A DNA stretch of 64,000 bases from Dissulfuribacterales bacterium (lineage in GTDB: Bacteria > Desulfobacterota > Dissulfuribacteria > Dissulfuribacterales > DYLC01), in the NCBI GenBank assembly GCA_041287365.1, contig JBEULL010000004.1, positions 72,353 through 136,352 of the forward strand. The letters run 5' to 3'. Of this stretch, positions 37,904 through 47,454 are shown one piece after another (position 1 is the first letter of the stretch; each line of letters starts with the position of its first letter). The notes under the pieces were generated by a model. It saw only the letters and a list, made by a program, of their open reading frames with translations. It searched no databases and was not told the origin of the DNA. The translations under genes and the position numbers were made by a program.

Positions 37904-39046
37904 TTACTGGTTGGCCGCAAAGTATCTCTGTGCGGCAGACACACCCTTACCCAGCTCCAGGGACGCTCCAAGACTCCTTAGCCCTCGTTCCACTGCCGCT
38001 ATGGCTATGATCATATCCCATTCCGAAAGATGTCCCATGTGAGAAATGCGGAATATCTTGCCCTTGGCCTGGCCCTGCCCTCCTGCTATGGTGATGCCGT
38101 ATTCTTCGCGCAGTTTCTTTACCAGGGCCTGGCCGTCGATGCCGTCAGGGGTCTTTACTACTGTGACGGCCTCTGAGGGGACGCGAGTGTAGAGCTCGAG
38201 CCCCAAGGCAGCGATGGCTTCACGGGTGCCTGCCGCCAGTCGAGCATGATGCGCAAAAACCGCCTCCAAGCCTGTCTTTTTGATGTCTTCCAGTACCACT
38301 CCAAGCCCCATGATCAGGGATACAGCCGGAGTAAAAGCGGTGGTCTGTTTGGCTATAGCCTTTTTTTCTGTAAGAAAATTGAAGTAATATCGCGGTGATG
38401 TGGCCTTTTTTGCCAGATTCATGGCCTTTTCACTCACGCTTACCAGGGCCAGCCCGGGGGGTAGGGCCAAGGCCTTTTGGGAACCGGTTACCACCACATC
38501 CAGTCCCCATTCGTCTGTCTTGAGTTCATAGACACCCAGGGCGGTGATGGCATCCACTGCCAGAACCGTATGTTCCCTGTTTTTCAGAAGGGCGGCTATC
38601 TCTTTGACGGGCTGCTTGGCGCCTGTGGAGGTTTCATGGGCCTGCATGAGAACTGCCTTGGCTTCAGGGAACGCATTCAGGGTCTGTTCCACTATGGCGA
38701 TATCTGCCGCATCGCCCCATGGCACATCTATGTTTACAGCCTTGATGCCGTAGCTCTCACAGAGTTCCGTCCATCTTTCGCCGAATTTGCCTGCCCGAAT
38801 GACAATGGCCGTATCTCCGGGTGAGAGCAGATTGACCACCGAGGCCTCCATGCCGCCGGTACCCGATGATGCAAACATGATCACGTCGTTTTGAGTTTGA
38901 AACAGATATTTGAGGTCCTCGCGAATGCGTTGCAAAATGGCGGAAAATTGCGGGGATCTGTGATGTATGATGGGTTCTGACATCTTGGCCAAGACCTCCG
39001 GCGATACCGCCACGGGCCCTGGCGCCATGAGATAGCGTTTTTGCAT
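37904..39046 (-). CDS. Class V aminotransferase (serine-glyoxylate/phosphoserine aminotransferase type)
   Basis: Blocks LMAPGPV, SGTGGMEA and VTGSQKALALPPGL (PLP Lys). Its position directly upstream of serA suggests a serine-biosynthesis role. Confidence 0.85.
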   Translation of the reverse strand: MQKRYLMAPGPVAVSPEVLAKMSEPIIHHRSPQFSAILQRIREDLKYLFQTQNDVIMFASSGTGGMEASVVNLLSPGDTAIVIRAGKFGERWTELCESYGIKAVNIDVPWGDAADIAIVEQTLNAFPEAKAVLMQAHETSTGAKQPVKEIAALLKNREHTVLAVDAITALGVYELKTDEWGLDVVVTGSQKALALPPGLALVSVSEKAMNLAKKATSPRYYFNFLTEKKAIAKQTTAFTPAVSLIMGLGVVLEDIKKTGLEAVFAHHARLAAGTREAIAALGLELYTRVPSEAVTVVKTPDGIDGQALVKKLREEYGITIAGGQGQAKGKIFRISHMGHLSEWDMIIAIAAVERGLRSLGASLELGKGVSAAQRYFAANQ

Positions 39047-39237
39047 ATAAACACTCCTTGAGATTGTCCGCGCTTCATAAAAAAGTCACAATCTATGGCG
39101 CAGCTGAACACTGATAAGAGGTTATTTTATCGCTGTTTTATGGTCATATGTCAAGAGGCGCCTGTCTTTTTTTGGGTTTTAAGTTTACAAATCCAATTTT
39201 TTTTGTATCTTCAGAACAGATTGTATCGAGGTGTTTC

Positions 39238-40704
39238 ATGAAACAGACCATATCTCAAAGCATTATGACAGGCTGTTTTGTTTTTTTGGCCCTTTTAGTG
39301 GCGGTTTTTTCTCAACCGCCCTTTGCACAGGCCATGATGTCCATCGAAGAAGAAAAGGAACTGCGTGAAAAGCTGTTGCGCATGGTGGAGGCGAAGGTGC
39401 CCCTGGTCAATGACCCTGAGGTAGTGGACTATATCAATCGAGTGGGCCAGAAGATTTTGCAGAATGTGGAAGGAAAATACTTCGATTATGAATTTTTTGT
39501 CATAGAGGACCAGGGTATCAATGCCTTTGCAATGCCGGGTGGCCTGATCTTCGTACACACAGGGCTTCTGGAGGTCATCTCCACGGAAGACGAACTGGGA
39601 TGTGTTCTGGCCCATGAGATCGGGCATATACAAGGCCGGCATATTGCCAGGCGCATGGAGCGTATGCAGGCCGTCACCCTTGCATCCGCGGCCATGGCAA
39701 TAGGCGGCCTGTTTCTCGGAGGAAGTCAGGCCAGTAACGCGGCCATTATGTCGTCCGGAGCCCTCGCTGCTTCCATTGATCTAAAATACAGCAGGGCGGA
39801 CGAGGAAGAGGCGGACAGAAGGGCGTATCAATGGCTCTGCAAGGCTGGTTATGATCCAGCAGGTCTCAGTTCTGTAATGAAAAAGATATTGCAATACAGA
39901 TGGCTTGGCAGCGATGCGATTCCCAGTTACCTCATGACCCACCCAGACTCCAGTCAGCGTATCACCTATTTGGAAGACCTGTTGCAGCAACATCCATGCA
40001 CCAATATCTCCAAAAAAGATACTTTCATGTTTCAGAAGATACAGATCAAGATTCAGGCATTGACCGAAGACCCGCAGAAACTTGTAATGAAATATAGGCA
40101 GGAGCTGGCATCCAGACCGGACGATCTGACGGCACATTACGGCCTCGCCATAGGGTTGTTGACCGCCAAGGAATATGATGAGGCCATTCAGCAACTGAAA
40201 TGGCTGGCCGTCCATCATCCGGAGCGCAGGGATTTTTTTGCGGACCTTGGAAAGGCCTACTATACAGCGGGCAGATACGATGATGCCATTCAGACGCTGA
40301 GTGCCTTTTTGGCGCTGGACCCAAATGACAAGGCCGTTCGTTTCTATCTCGGCAGCGCCTTTCTTCAAAAAGGCGATACTCGTTCGGCCCTTCCTATCTT
40401 TTATAATCTCAAGGGTTCATGGCCTGACAGGGCAGCGCTTTATCTGAATCTGGGCAAGTGTATGTCCGGTGAAGGAAAGCCAGGCGAGGCACATTATTAT
40501 TATTACCTACATTACAAGGCCATAGACGACTACAAAAACGCCAAATTCCATCGTATTAAGGCCATGGCCATGTTGCCTGCCACCAGCTCCATGTACAAGG
40601 AACTTGTGGCTGAAAAGGAGAAAAAAAAGGGGTGGTTCAATCTGGGTGAGGAGAAGGAAGAAAAGGACAAAAAGACTGAAAAGGACAGGGCCTCCAAACC
40701 GTGA
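39238..40704 (+). CDS. M48-family zinc metalloprotease with C-terminal TPR repeats (BepA/YfgC-like)
   Basis: Signal/TM segment, then HEIGH...E and MTHPDSSQRI, then TPR repeats. Start set at ATG 39238. Confidence 0.85.
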   Translation: MKQTISQSIMTGCFVFLALLVAVFSQPPFAQAMMSIEEEKELREKLLRMVEAKVPLVNDPEVVDYINRVGQKILQNVEGKYFDYEFFVIEDQGINAFAMPGGLIFVHTGLLEVISTEDELGCVLAHEIGHIQGRHIARRMERMQAVTLASAAMAIGGLFLGGSQASNAAIMSSGALAASIDLKYSRADEEEADRRAYQWLCKAGYDPAGLSSVMKKILQYRWLGSDAIPSYLMTHPDSSQRITYLEDLLQQHPCTNISKKDTFMFQKIQIKIQALTEDPQKLVMKYRQELASRPDDLTAHYGLAIGLLTAKEYDEAIQQLKWLAVHHPERRDFFADLGKAYYTAGRYDDAIQTLSAFLALDPNDKAVRFYLGSAFLQKGDTRSALPIFYNLKGSWPDRAALYLNLGKCMSGEGKPGEAHYYYYLHYKAIDDYKNAKFHRIKAMAMLPATSSMYKELVAEKEKKKGWFNLGEEKEEKDKKTEKDRASKP

Positions 40705-41183
40705 AAGCGAAGCGGCATTTCATCTTTTTTTTAACGATATTCGTGGTCATTGCAGCGGATCAGTTCACCAAGCACTTGGTGCTCCAAGGCATATCCCTTT
40801 ATAAAACAGTGCCGTTGATAGATGGTTTTTTCAATCTAACCTATGTGACCAACACAGGGGCTGCATTTGGTTTTCTTGCAGGACACGAGGCATGGAGACA
40901 CCTGTTTTTTCTAGGAATCAGCGGGATGTCCGTGCTCGCCATACTCCTTTTTTATTTCAAGGCAGGTCCGCACTCACTGGCCGTGACCCTGGGGCTGGCC
41001 ATGGTGTTGAGTGGAGCGCTTGGTAATGCCTGGGATCGAGTGCAATTGGGTTTTGTGGTGGATTTTCTGGATTTTTATCTGGGTCATTATCACTGGCCCG
41101 CCTTCAATGTGGCGGATTCGGCCATTACAGTGGGCGGAGGGCTTATGGCGTGGGCGCTGATAATGTCCCAGGATAAGGGATAA
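40701..41183 (+). CDS. lspA: Lipoprotein signal peptidase (signal peptidase II)
   Basis: Blocks NLTYVTNTGAAFGF, GNAWDRV, VVDFLDF and PAFNVADSAI. Confidence 0.9.
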   Translation: MKAKRHFIFFLTIFVVIAADQFTKHLVLQGISLYKTVPLIDGFFNLTYVTNTGAAFGFLAGHEAWRHLFFLGISGMSVLAILLFYFKAGPHSLAVTLGLAMVLSGALGNAWDRVQLGFVVDFLDFYLGHYHWPAFNVADSAITVGGGLMAWALIMSQDKG

Positions 41184-43574
41184 TTATTTGATGCATACAC
41201 TTCTAACCTGCTTGATGTCTGTGTGCCCTTGCAATATCTTCCATATGCCGTCCTGCTTCAGTGTCAGCATTCCCATCTGCATGGCATGCGCTCCGATCTT
41301 GAAGACCGGCGCCTTGGATTGAATCAGCTTTTTCATTTCGTCATCGGATGTCAGCAGTTCGTGAATAGCCATGCGTCCCTTGTAACCCGTATAGTTACAG
41401 GCCTGACACCCAACCGGTTTGCAGATGGTGTAGTTGTTGAATTCCAGAGGAACAGTGGGATGGACTCCGTATTCTTTGAGCAGCATCTCTTTTTCTTCTG
41501 CACTTGGTTCATACTGTTCTTTGCATTTAGGACAGAGACGTTTCAGAAGCCTCTGAGCCAATACTCCAAGAAGGGCATCGGAAAAATTGAACGGGTCCAT
41601 ACCCATGCCCAGCAGCCTCGTAACAGTTTCCGGAGCGGAGTTGGTATGCAGGGTTGAAAAGACCAAATGGCCGGTCAGGGATGCCTCAATAACGGTGGTA
41701 GCGGTTTCTTCGTCTCGTGTTTCACCCACCATTATGATATCCGGGTCTGCTCTCAGAAATGCCCGCAAGACACGAGCAAAGGTCAAGCCTATGGCCGGTT
41801 TGACCTGAACCTGTCTTAGACCTTCCTGCACGATTTCAACAGGGTCTTCAGCTGTCCAGATCTTCTTTTCTGGTCTATTGACATAGCCCAGGGCGGCATG
41901 GAGTGTGGTGGTTTTACCTGAACCCGTGGGGCCGACGCAAAGAATAAGTCCATAGGGCATCTCAAGTATCTGCTTCATCGTGGCAAGATTTCTTTCCGAA
42001 AGATTCAGTTTGTCCAGGGGCATGGCCGAGGAAGCCGCCAGTATTCTCATGACCACGTCCTCGTTGTCTTCAGTAGTGGGCAGGGTGGCTACGCGCAGCT
42101 CTATGGTCTTGCCTGTGCGGCTCTTGAACTTAATCTTACCGTCCTGTGGCAGTCTTTTTTCTGCGATGTCCAGATTGGACAATATCTTGATGCGGGAAAC
42201 CAGGGCCTTTTTGTAGTTGTATGGAACGGTCTTGTATGGCCTGCAATCTCCGTCCACTCGCAGCCGAATGAAGGCCCCGCGTTTTCCAGTCAGGGATTCC
42301 ACATGGATATCCGAGGCATTTCTTGCAAAGGCATCCTCTATGACCTGATTGACCAGTTGAACGACGACACTGTCTGACTCAGGGGCGATTAGTTCTTCTT
42401 CTTCTGTTTCAGTGAGATCTTCTGTGGCTATTGCCTCAAAGGCATCCTGTTGTGTCTCGGTTACGGTGTATTTGCCGTAGAAGTAGTCGATAAATTTGTC
42501 GATGTCCTCTTTAAGGCACACCACAAATTCATATTGAGGGAATTGAATGGCCTTGCGAATGCTGTCCAGTTTGGCATAGTCATGCGGATCGTCCACCGCT
42601 ACCAGCAGACTATGGCCTAAATCCTTGATTGGCACACAACTTATGTTGCGTAGAAAATGTTCTTTTATTCCAGTCAGACACTTTGGAGTGGAACCGACCT
42701 CCAGTTCGTTGAATTCCACAAATGGGACATTGAAATATTCGCTCAGAGAATGACCGATCTCACTTTTGTCTATGCCGAAAGAGTTGATCAGGACGAATTC
42801 GATGGATTTTTTGTCGTTTTTTGCGATTTCTCTGGCCTGTTGCAGTGCCTGTTCTTTCAAAATGCCCGAGGTGACGAGATAGGAAAAACGGCCGTATCTC
42901 TGGGCGGTTTGCGTCAGGTCCTTCAGTCTTTGAGCCGCATTCATGTACTGCGGGTCGAGATGTATCAGTTGTTCAAGAGAGGATATTGCGGACTGAATGG
43001 CCCCGGTTCTCTCATGAATGGTGGAAATCTTGTAGAGCAGTTCGAGCCGAGTGGCCTTTGGTATGGTCGTATCCTTCAAGGCCATGCCAAACTGTTCCAG
43101 GGCGTCGAAAGGCATATTCAAGCCGATATAGCACTCGCCTATCTGTGCATATATCTCACCCGGCCTGTCCGTCATTTCCAGCAGTTTGGAGAAATCCGTT
43201 ATGGCTTCACGATAAAAACCGGCCTCTTTGAGTCCAAGTGCGTTTTCCTTGTTTTTTTCAAAGAGGTCCTGCGGACTGGAGGAGCCTGATTGAATGTCAT
43301 TGCCATGGTCGTGCGATTCACCAGATGTGTTTTGCAGCTTTTGCAGTTTTGCCTCTATATCTTTATAAAAAGGGGATGTTACGTCGGTGAGTTTGAAGAG
43401 GATATCTTCATATATTTCGATGGCCTCTTCCATCAGGCCCTGTTTGGCATACAAGGCCGCCTCCTCGGCCTTGACCGTCAGCTCGTCTGATGCCGGAGCG
43501 GGAGCATTGGCCTGAGCCGGCGGTGTATTGCTATCTTCTATAACTAATTCTAAATCCAGGACATCTTCCTGCAT
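41184..43574 (-). CDS. GspE/PilB-family secretion ATPase with N-terminal TPR extension
   Basis: Walker A GPTGSGKTTT, Asp box GETRDEETA, His box STLHTNSA and a tetra-Cys site CPKC...CQAC. A T2SSE_N-like region is present (FSYLVTSGILKEQALQQA...NVPFVEF). The N-terminal ~230 aa are TPR-like. The preferred start is ATG 43574 after GAGG; the ORF track uses TTG 43622. Confidence 0.85.
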   Translation of the reverse strand: MQEDVLDLELVIEDSNTPPAQANAPAPASDELTVKAEEAALYAKQGLMEEAIEIYEDILFKLTDVTSPFYKDIEAKLQKLQNTSGESHDHGNDIQSGSSSPQDLFEKNKENALGLKEAGFYREAITDFSKLLEMTDRPGEIYAQIGECYIGLNMPFDALEQFGMALKDTTIPKATRLELLYKISTIHERTGAIQSAISSLEQLIHLDPQYMNAAQRLKDLTQTAQRYGRFSYLVTSGILKEQALQQAREIAKNDKKSIEFVLINSFGIDKSEIGHSLSEYFNVPFVEFNELEVGSTPKCLTGIKEHFLRNISCVPIKDLGHSLLVAVDDPHDYAKLDSIRKAIQFPQYEFVVCLKEDIDKFIDYFYGKYTVTETQQDAFEAIATEDLTETEEEELIAPESDSVVVQLVNQVIEDAFARNASDIHVESLTGKRGAFIRLRVDGDCRPYKTVPYNYKKALVSRIKILSNLDIAEKRLPQDGKIKFKSRTGKTIELRVATLPTTEDNEDVVMRILAASSAMPLDKLNLSERNLATMKQILEMPYGLILCVGPTGSGKTTTLHAALGYVNRPEKKIWTAEDPVEIVQEGLRQVQVKPAIGLTFARVLRAFLRADPDIIMVGETRDEETATTVIEASLTGHLVFSTLHTNSAPETVTRLLGMGMDPFNFSDALLGVLAQRLLKRLCPKCKEQYEPSAEEKEMLLKEYGVHPTVPLEFNNYTICKPVGCQACNYTGYKGRMAIHELLTSDDEMKKLIQSKAPVFKIGAHAMQMGMLTLKQDGIWKILQGHTDIKQVRSVCIK

Positions 43575-43680
43575 ATTTTTTACCTCATTTATATAACATA
43601 CCGGTATGCTGTATCTTTTCAATTAGAATGGAGAATCAGCGGATGATCGGCATACATTGTGCCGGCATTCAGCGACTATT

Positions 43681-45189
43681 TTATGAAAATATTTCCTGCG
43701 ACAATACATGTATTTCATCGTCGTTCTTTTGCAGTACGCCTGTAAAAAATGGTTTTGCCGAAGCGTCTTTCCATGTCCATGCATCGGTCTTGAAGGGGGT
43801 CGAGGGGCTATCGGCCAGAATGACACAACCCTTGGATAGTTCCGGGTTCCAAAGGATCAATACGGATGGTTCCGTGATGATGATGGATGGAGGCGGTTCG
43901 GGTGAAACAAGGATTGGAAACGTCATAGTTTTTAGCTGGCTTTCATTCAGAGATGCCAGACTGCCTCCCAAAAGAGAGCGAATGTTGGACCACGGCCATT
44001 TTTTAAGCATGGTTAAGGGAAAGCTGTCTTTTGAAAGGAGCTTCTTGGCCCTGCCCCATGGGAGCTTGCCTTCAAATACAATATATTCCTGAGGGAATGC
44101 AATGCGTTTGCCCCACCATTCCGTCCTGGCCAGCATGCGCCACGGACAAACGGCCTGAGGGGGTTTGGCAGCTTCCTGGGCTTCGGAATGGGCGCCGGAC
44201 ACAACATGTCCCACTGGCTTGTGAATGGCCTGGGATAGAAGGCGCTCCTGCGCCGCCATGTCCTGTTTCAATTGCCTGTGAAATGCCAGTAGTTTTTCCA
44301 TGCCTGATACGCCTGAGAGGATTTTTTCCAGGGCATCCAACCTGTCCACCCATCTGCCGAGTTGCATTGTATGTCTGGCGACCGTTTCCTGTAATAAAGG
44401 TGGCGCTTCTGGTGTACTCGGAAGGAAGTGTTTCGATGAAACAGGCGGTTCTGTTTCAGGTACGAGTTGCAGGTTGGGGAGAGATTGTTCAGACATGGGT
44501 CGCTGCAGATCACGGGCCATGTCCGCAGCGGATGCCAGTGTCTGGGATGTGACGCCGGTGACAGGGGCTTGCTTCATCTGAAATGGAATATCCTGCTGTA
44601 TCCTTTCTATATATTCAAAAAACTCATTGAGCTCATGCGCGAGAGGGGCAGCCATCGCAATGGTTTTTTCATGGGTCATATTGTCTGAGGTAAGTATCCG
44701 TTCCAAGACATCGAAGAGATTTAGAAGCAGTTTGGGAGAGTGACTGGGTGCCTGGTTGAGTGGAATGGCCTCGATAGCTGCCAGTATGTCAGCCATTTGA
44801 GTCATGACATTCTGTGTGTGCTCGATCTGGTCTGCTGTCAAATTTGCGCTCAATTCGTCAAGTAACCGCCGTGCCTTCTGAATGTGTGGAACGGCTATTT
44901 CCCATTCGATGGTCATCAGGCTTTGGTAGAACTCTCTCAGGGCATTCTGAAGAGGCAGAGGCAGCTTGGCTGTATTATGCGCAAAGAGCTCTGATGTAGA
45001 TGTGGAGTCATGTGTGCCCGGAGTTGTTGGAGTTGAAGGGGTGGGCTCGGTCTTCGGGGAGACATCCTCCCCCTTGATTTCATTGGTCAGAGGGTCTATT
45101 TCTATTTTTTTTATTGGCGTAAAAAGAGAATCGATGGCATTCTCCATCTCTTGAGTGAGTTGTTCCATGGAATTTTCAGAAGTGTTCAT
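43681..45189 (-). CDS. Hypothetical protein (helical N-terminal two thirds, Pro/Thr linker, possible degenerate CheW-like C-terminal domain)
   Basis: Start ATG 45189 follows GGAGG at a 7-nt spacer. No motif is recognised with confidence. It lies between mglA and the ATPase on the same strand. Confidence 0.55.
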   Translation of the reverse strand: MNTSENSMEQLTQEMENAIDSLFTPIKKIEIDPLTNEIKGEDVSPKTEPTPSTPTTPGTHDSTSTSELFAHNTAKLPLPLQNALREFYQSLMTIEWEIAVPHIQKARRLLDELSANLTADQIEHTQNVMTQMADILAAIEAIPLNQAPSHSPKLLLNLFDVLERILTSDNMTHEKTIAMAAPLAHELNEFFEYIERIQQDIPFQMKQAPVTGVTSQTLASAADMARDLQRPMSEQSLPNLQLVPETEPPVSSKHFLPSTPEAPPLLQETVARHTMQLGRWVDRLDALEKILSGVSGMEKLLAFHRQLKQDMAAQERLLSQAIHKPVGHVVSGAHSEAQEAAKPPQAVCPWRMLARTEWWGKRIAFPQEYIVFEGKLPWGRAKKLLSKDSFPLTMLKKWPWSNIRSLLGGSLASLNESQLKTMTFPILVSPEPPPSIIITEPSVLILWNPELSKGCVILADSPSTPFKTDAWTWKDASAKPFFTGVLQKNDDEIHVLSQEIFS

Positions 45190-45236
45190 GAATATACCTC
45201 CTGGTTCAGTTCTGAGGGTCTTGTGTGGACATGGTG

Positions 45237-45851
45237 TCATTTGATCAGCAGATGCTTTTTTGCGACGTATTTAACGGTCAGCTTGCTGATTTCGCGCAAT
45301 GTTTCAAAAACCCCCACCCCTTTTACGGCCGATGCCTCGAAATCAGGCCATTTATTGTGAGGATTCAAATCCCTTTTCATCTCTTCGATGGATAGGGTTG
45401 GTATGGGAGAAGATACCAGGTCCCGTTTGTTGTATTGTATCACCATAGGGATTTCGTCCAAGGATTTTCCATGTTCTTTTAGATTGACGGCCAGGTCCTG
45501 AAGGCTTTCGATGTTTTTTGTCTTTCTGACCTTTAAGGAGTCCGCTACAAAAACTACACCATCCACACCTTTCAGAACCAGTTTGCGAGTAGATGCATAG
45601 ATGGTCTGCCCAGGCACTGTATAAAGTTGAATACGAATGTCAAATCCACCTATTTTGCCCAGATTCAGCGGTAATAGATCGAAAAAGAGGGTGCGATCGC
45701 CCTTTGTTTCGATGGTCAGCATCTTGCCTTTGGCGGCGTCGCTCATGGCGTTATAGATATAGATCAGATTAGTGGTTTTGCCGCATCTGCCTGGACCATA
45801 ATAGACCACCTTACAGTGAACTTCCTTTTTACTGAGATCGATTAAAGCCAT
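45237..45851 (-). CDS. mglA: Ras-like polarity GTPase MglA
   Basis: It aligns almost end to end with Myxococcus MglA from memory: CKVVYYGPGRCGKTTNL, DRTLFFDLLPL, LYTVPGQ, LKGVDGVVFVADS, VIQYNKRDL. Confidence 0.9.
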   Translation of the reverse strand: MALIDLSKKEVHCKVVYYGPGRCGKTTNLIYIYNAMSDAAKGKMLTIETKGDRTLFFDLLPLNLGKIGGFDIRIQLYTVPGQTIYASTRKLVLKGVDGVVFVADSLKVRKTKNIESLQDLAVNLKEHGKSLDEIPMVIQYNKRDLVSSPIPTLSIEEMKRDLNPHNKWPDFEASAVKGVGVFETLREISKLTVKYVAKKHLLIK

Positions 45852-45901
45852 TTTTTCATCCTGTCAGATAATGGAGTGTTGTTAGTGGTTGTCTGGGCTC
45901 G

Positions 45902-46294
45902 TCAATTCAACAATTCGCGTAGGTGCTGGGATGCCTCTGTGACTTTCAGTCGAACCACCCCCAGTGAAACATTGTCATTGAAGATAGAAATCAGTATATA
46001 GTCCTGGCCTATCTTGGCAAAATGGATACTGTCTTTTTTGCCCTTGTGGAACAGGAGGCTGAAGTCTTCTTCTCCGATGATGCGGGCGATCTGTGAGGTG
46101 GCTGCAAAGTTGGCTGCTGTAAGTGCTGCGAGGGAGATGATGTCGATGCCCTGCATATGTTCGCCGCAACTGGCGATTATGTTTCCGGCGCTGTCCACTA
46201 ATAAAACCGAGTGAATGCCGGCTGCTATGAGGTTGTTCTCAAGTTGTGCTCGAATAGCGTCCAATTTTGCAGTGGTTAAAACGAGGTCTCCCAT
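45902..46294 (-). CDS. mglB: Roadblock/LC7-domain protein MglB (MglA GAP)
   Basis: 130 aa with a Roadblock-type pattern (VLLVDSAGNIIAS...AALTAANFAA...). It lies immediately upstream of mglA. Confidence 0.8.
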   Translation of the reverse strand: MGDLVLTTAKLDAIRAQLENNLIAAGIHSVLLVDSAGNIIASCGEHMQGIDIISLAALTAANFAATSQIARIIGEEDFSLLFHKGKKDSIHFAKIGQDYILISIFNDNVSLGVVRLKVTEASQHLRELLN

Positions 46295-46531
46295 CTTTAG
46301 ACTCCATGAAGAAATGCTTTAAGATACCGGTTGTGCACCGGTTGTCACATTGTAAATTTACTCAGAAAGTTGGTTGCCACAATTCGATTCATTTTTTATT
46401 ATGTAGTTGGATTTTTTTCAAGTGAAATTCTTGTCGAAAGGTTTTACAATGAAAAATATATTTGTTATAATTAATAATAGTTCCGAATAATATGTTAAAG
46501 ATCAATTTTATGGGAAGGAGGTGCCTGATGC

Positions 46532-47380
46532 ATGTATGTGTCTCTGATTGAACGGTTGAACGGCATTCATGACCTGCCTTCCATTCCCAATACACTCAAC
46601 AAGGTGCTGAACGAATTGGCGCGAGAGTCTTCAACTCCGGATACCATCGAGATCATCATCAAGGAAGACCCTTTGCTCACGGCCAAGCTGTTGCAGGTGG
46701 CCAATTCCCCTTATTATGGCATGGCCGGAAAGATCAGCAGCATAGCGAGGGCCATAGTGATCATGGGCTTCGCAGAGGTGCGAAACCTGGTGGTGGGCAT
46801 CTCCCTTACAACCATGGTGACGGGTGATCTGGGCTTCGAGGAATTCAAAACCAAAGATCTGTGGCTTCATTGTGTGGCCGTTGCCACTGCTGCCCGCAAG
46901 CTGGCCCAGCATATTCCAGGAATGGACACTGAAGAGGTGTTCACTCTCGGTATCATGCATGATATCGGTCGTTTTTTGCAGTGTCTTTATTTTCCAAATG
47001 AAATGCGAGAGCTCCTGAAGGCGAACAACGGCATCAAGAACCTCTATGCGGCGGAAGAAAACGCCGGAATCCCTCACACAGAGATCGGGGCCTATCTGGC
47101 TCACCGTTGGAAGTTGAGCGAAATGTTCGTCGAGGCCATTCGTTATCATCACAGACCTCAGGGCGCTGGCCCATACACCGCCCATGCATCCGTGTTGTTT
47201 CTGGCGGATCAATTGTGTAAAAAATTGCAGATCGGATGGCATGGTGAGGACGTGGACAATCGTCTTTTAATCCCCAAGACATTGTCCTTGTCACAGGATA
47301 TCATAAAAGGGGTTGCGATTTACATGAAGGAACAAAAGGATGAGATTGAAAGGGCGTGGGATGAGGTATTGTCCACGTAG
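46532..47380 (+). CDS. HDOD-domain signalling protein
   Basis: Blocks LPSIPNTLNKVLNEL...DPLLTAKLLQVANSPYYGMAGKISSIARAIVIMGF and HD-like HDIGR. RBS GGAAGGAGG. Confidence 0.85.
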   Translation: MYVSLIERLNGIHDLPSIPNTLNKVLNELARESSTPDTIEIIIKEDPLLTAKLLQVANSPYYGMAGKISSIARAIVIMGFAEVRNLVVGISLTTMVTGDLGFEEFKTKDLWLHCVAVATAARKLAQHIPGMDTEEVFTLGIMHDIGRFLQCLYFPNEMRELLKANNGIKNLYAAEENAGIPHTEIGAYLAHRWKLSEMFVEAIRYHHRPQGAGPYTAHASVLFLADQLCKKLQIGWHGEDVDNRLLIPKTLSLSQDIIKGVAIYMKEQKDEIERAWDEVLST

Positions 47381-47454
47381 CAGTATGGTGGGGTCACTAC
47401 AAAAAAGGGGCGGGGCAACCCAACTCCTACTATGAATGCAACAGGAGGTAAACC

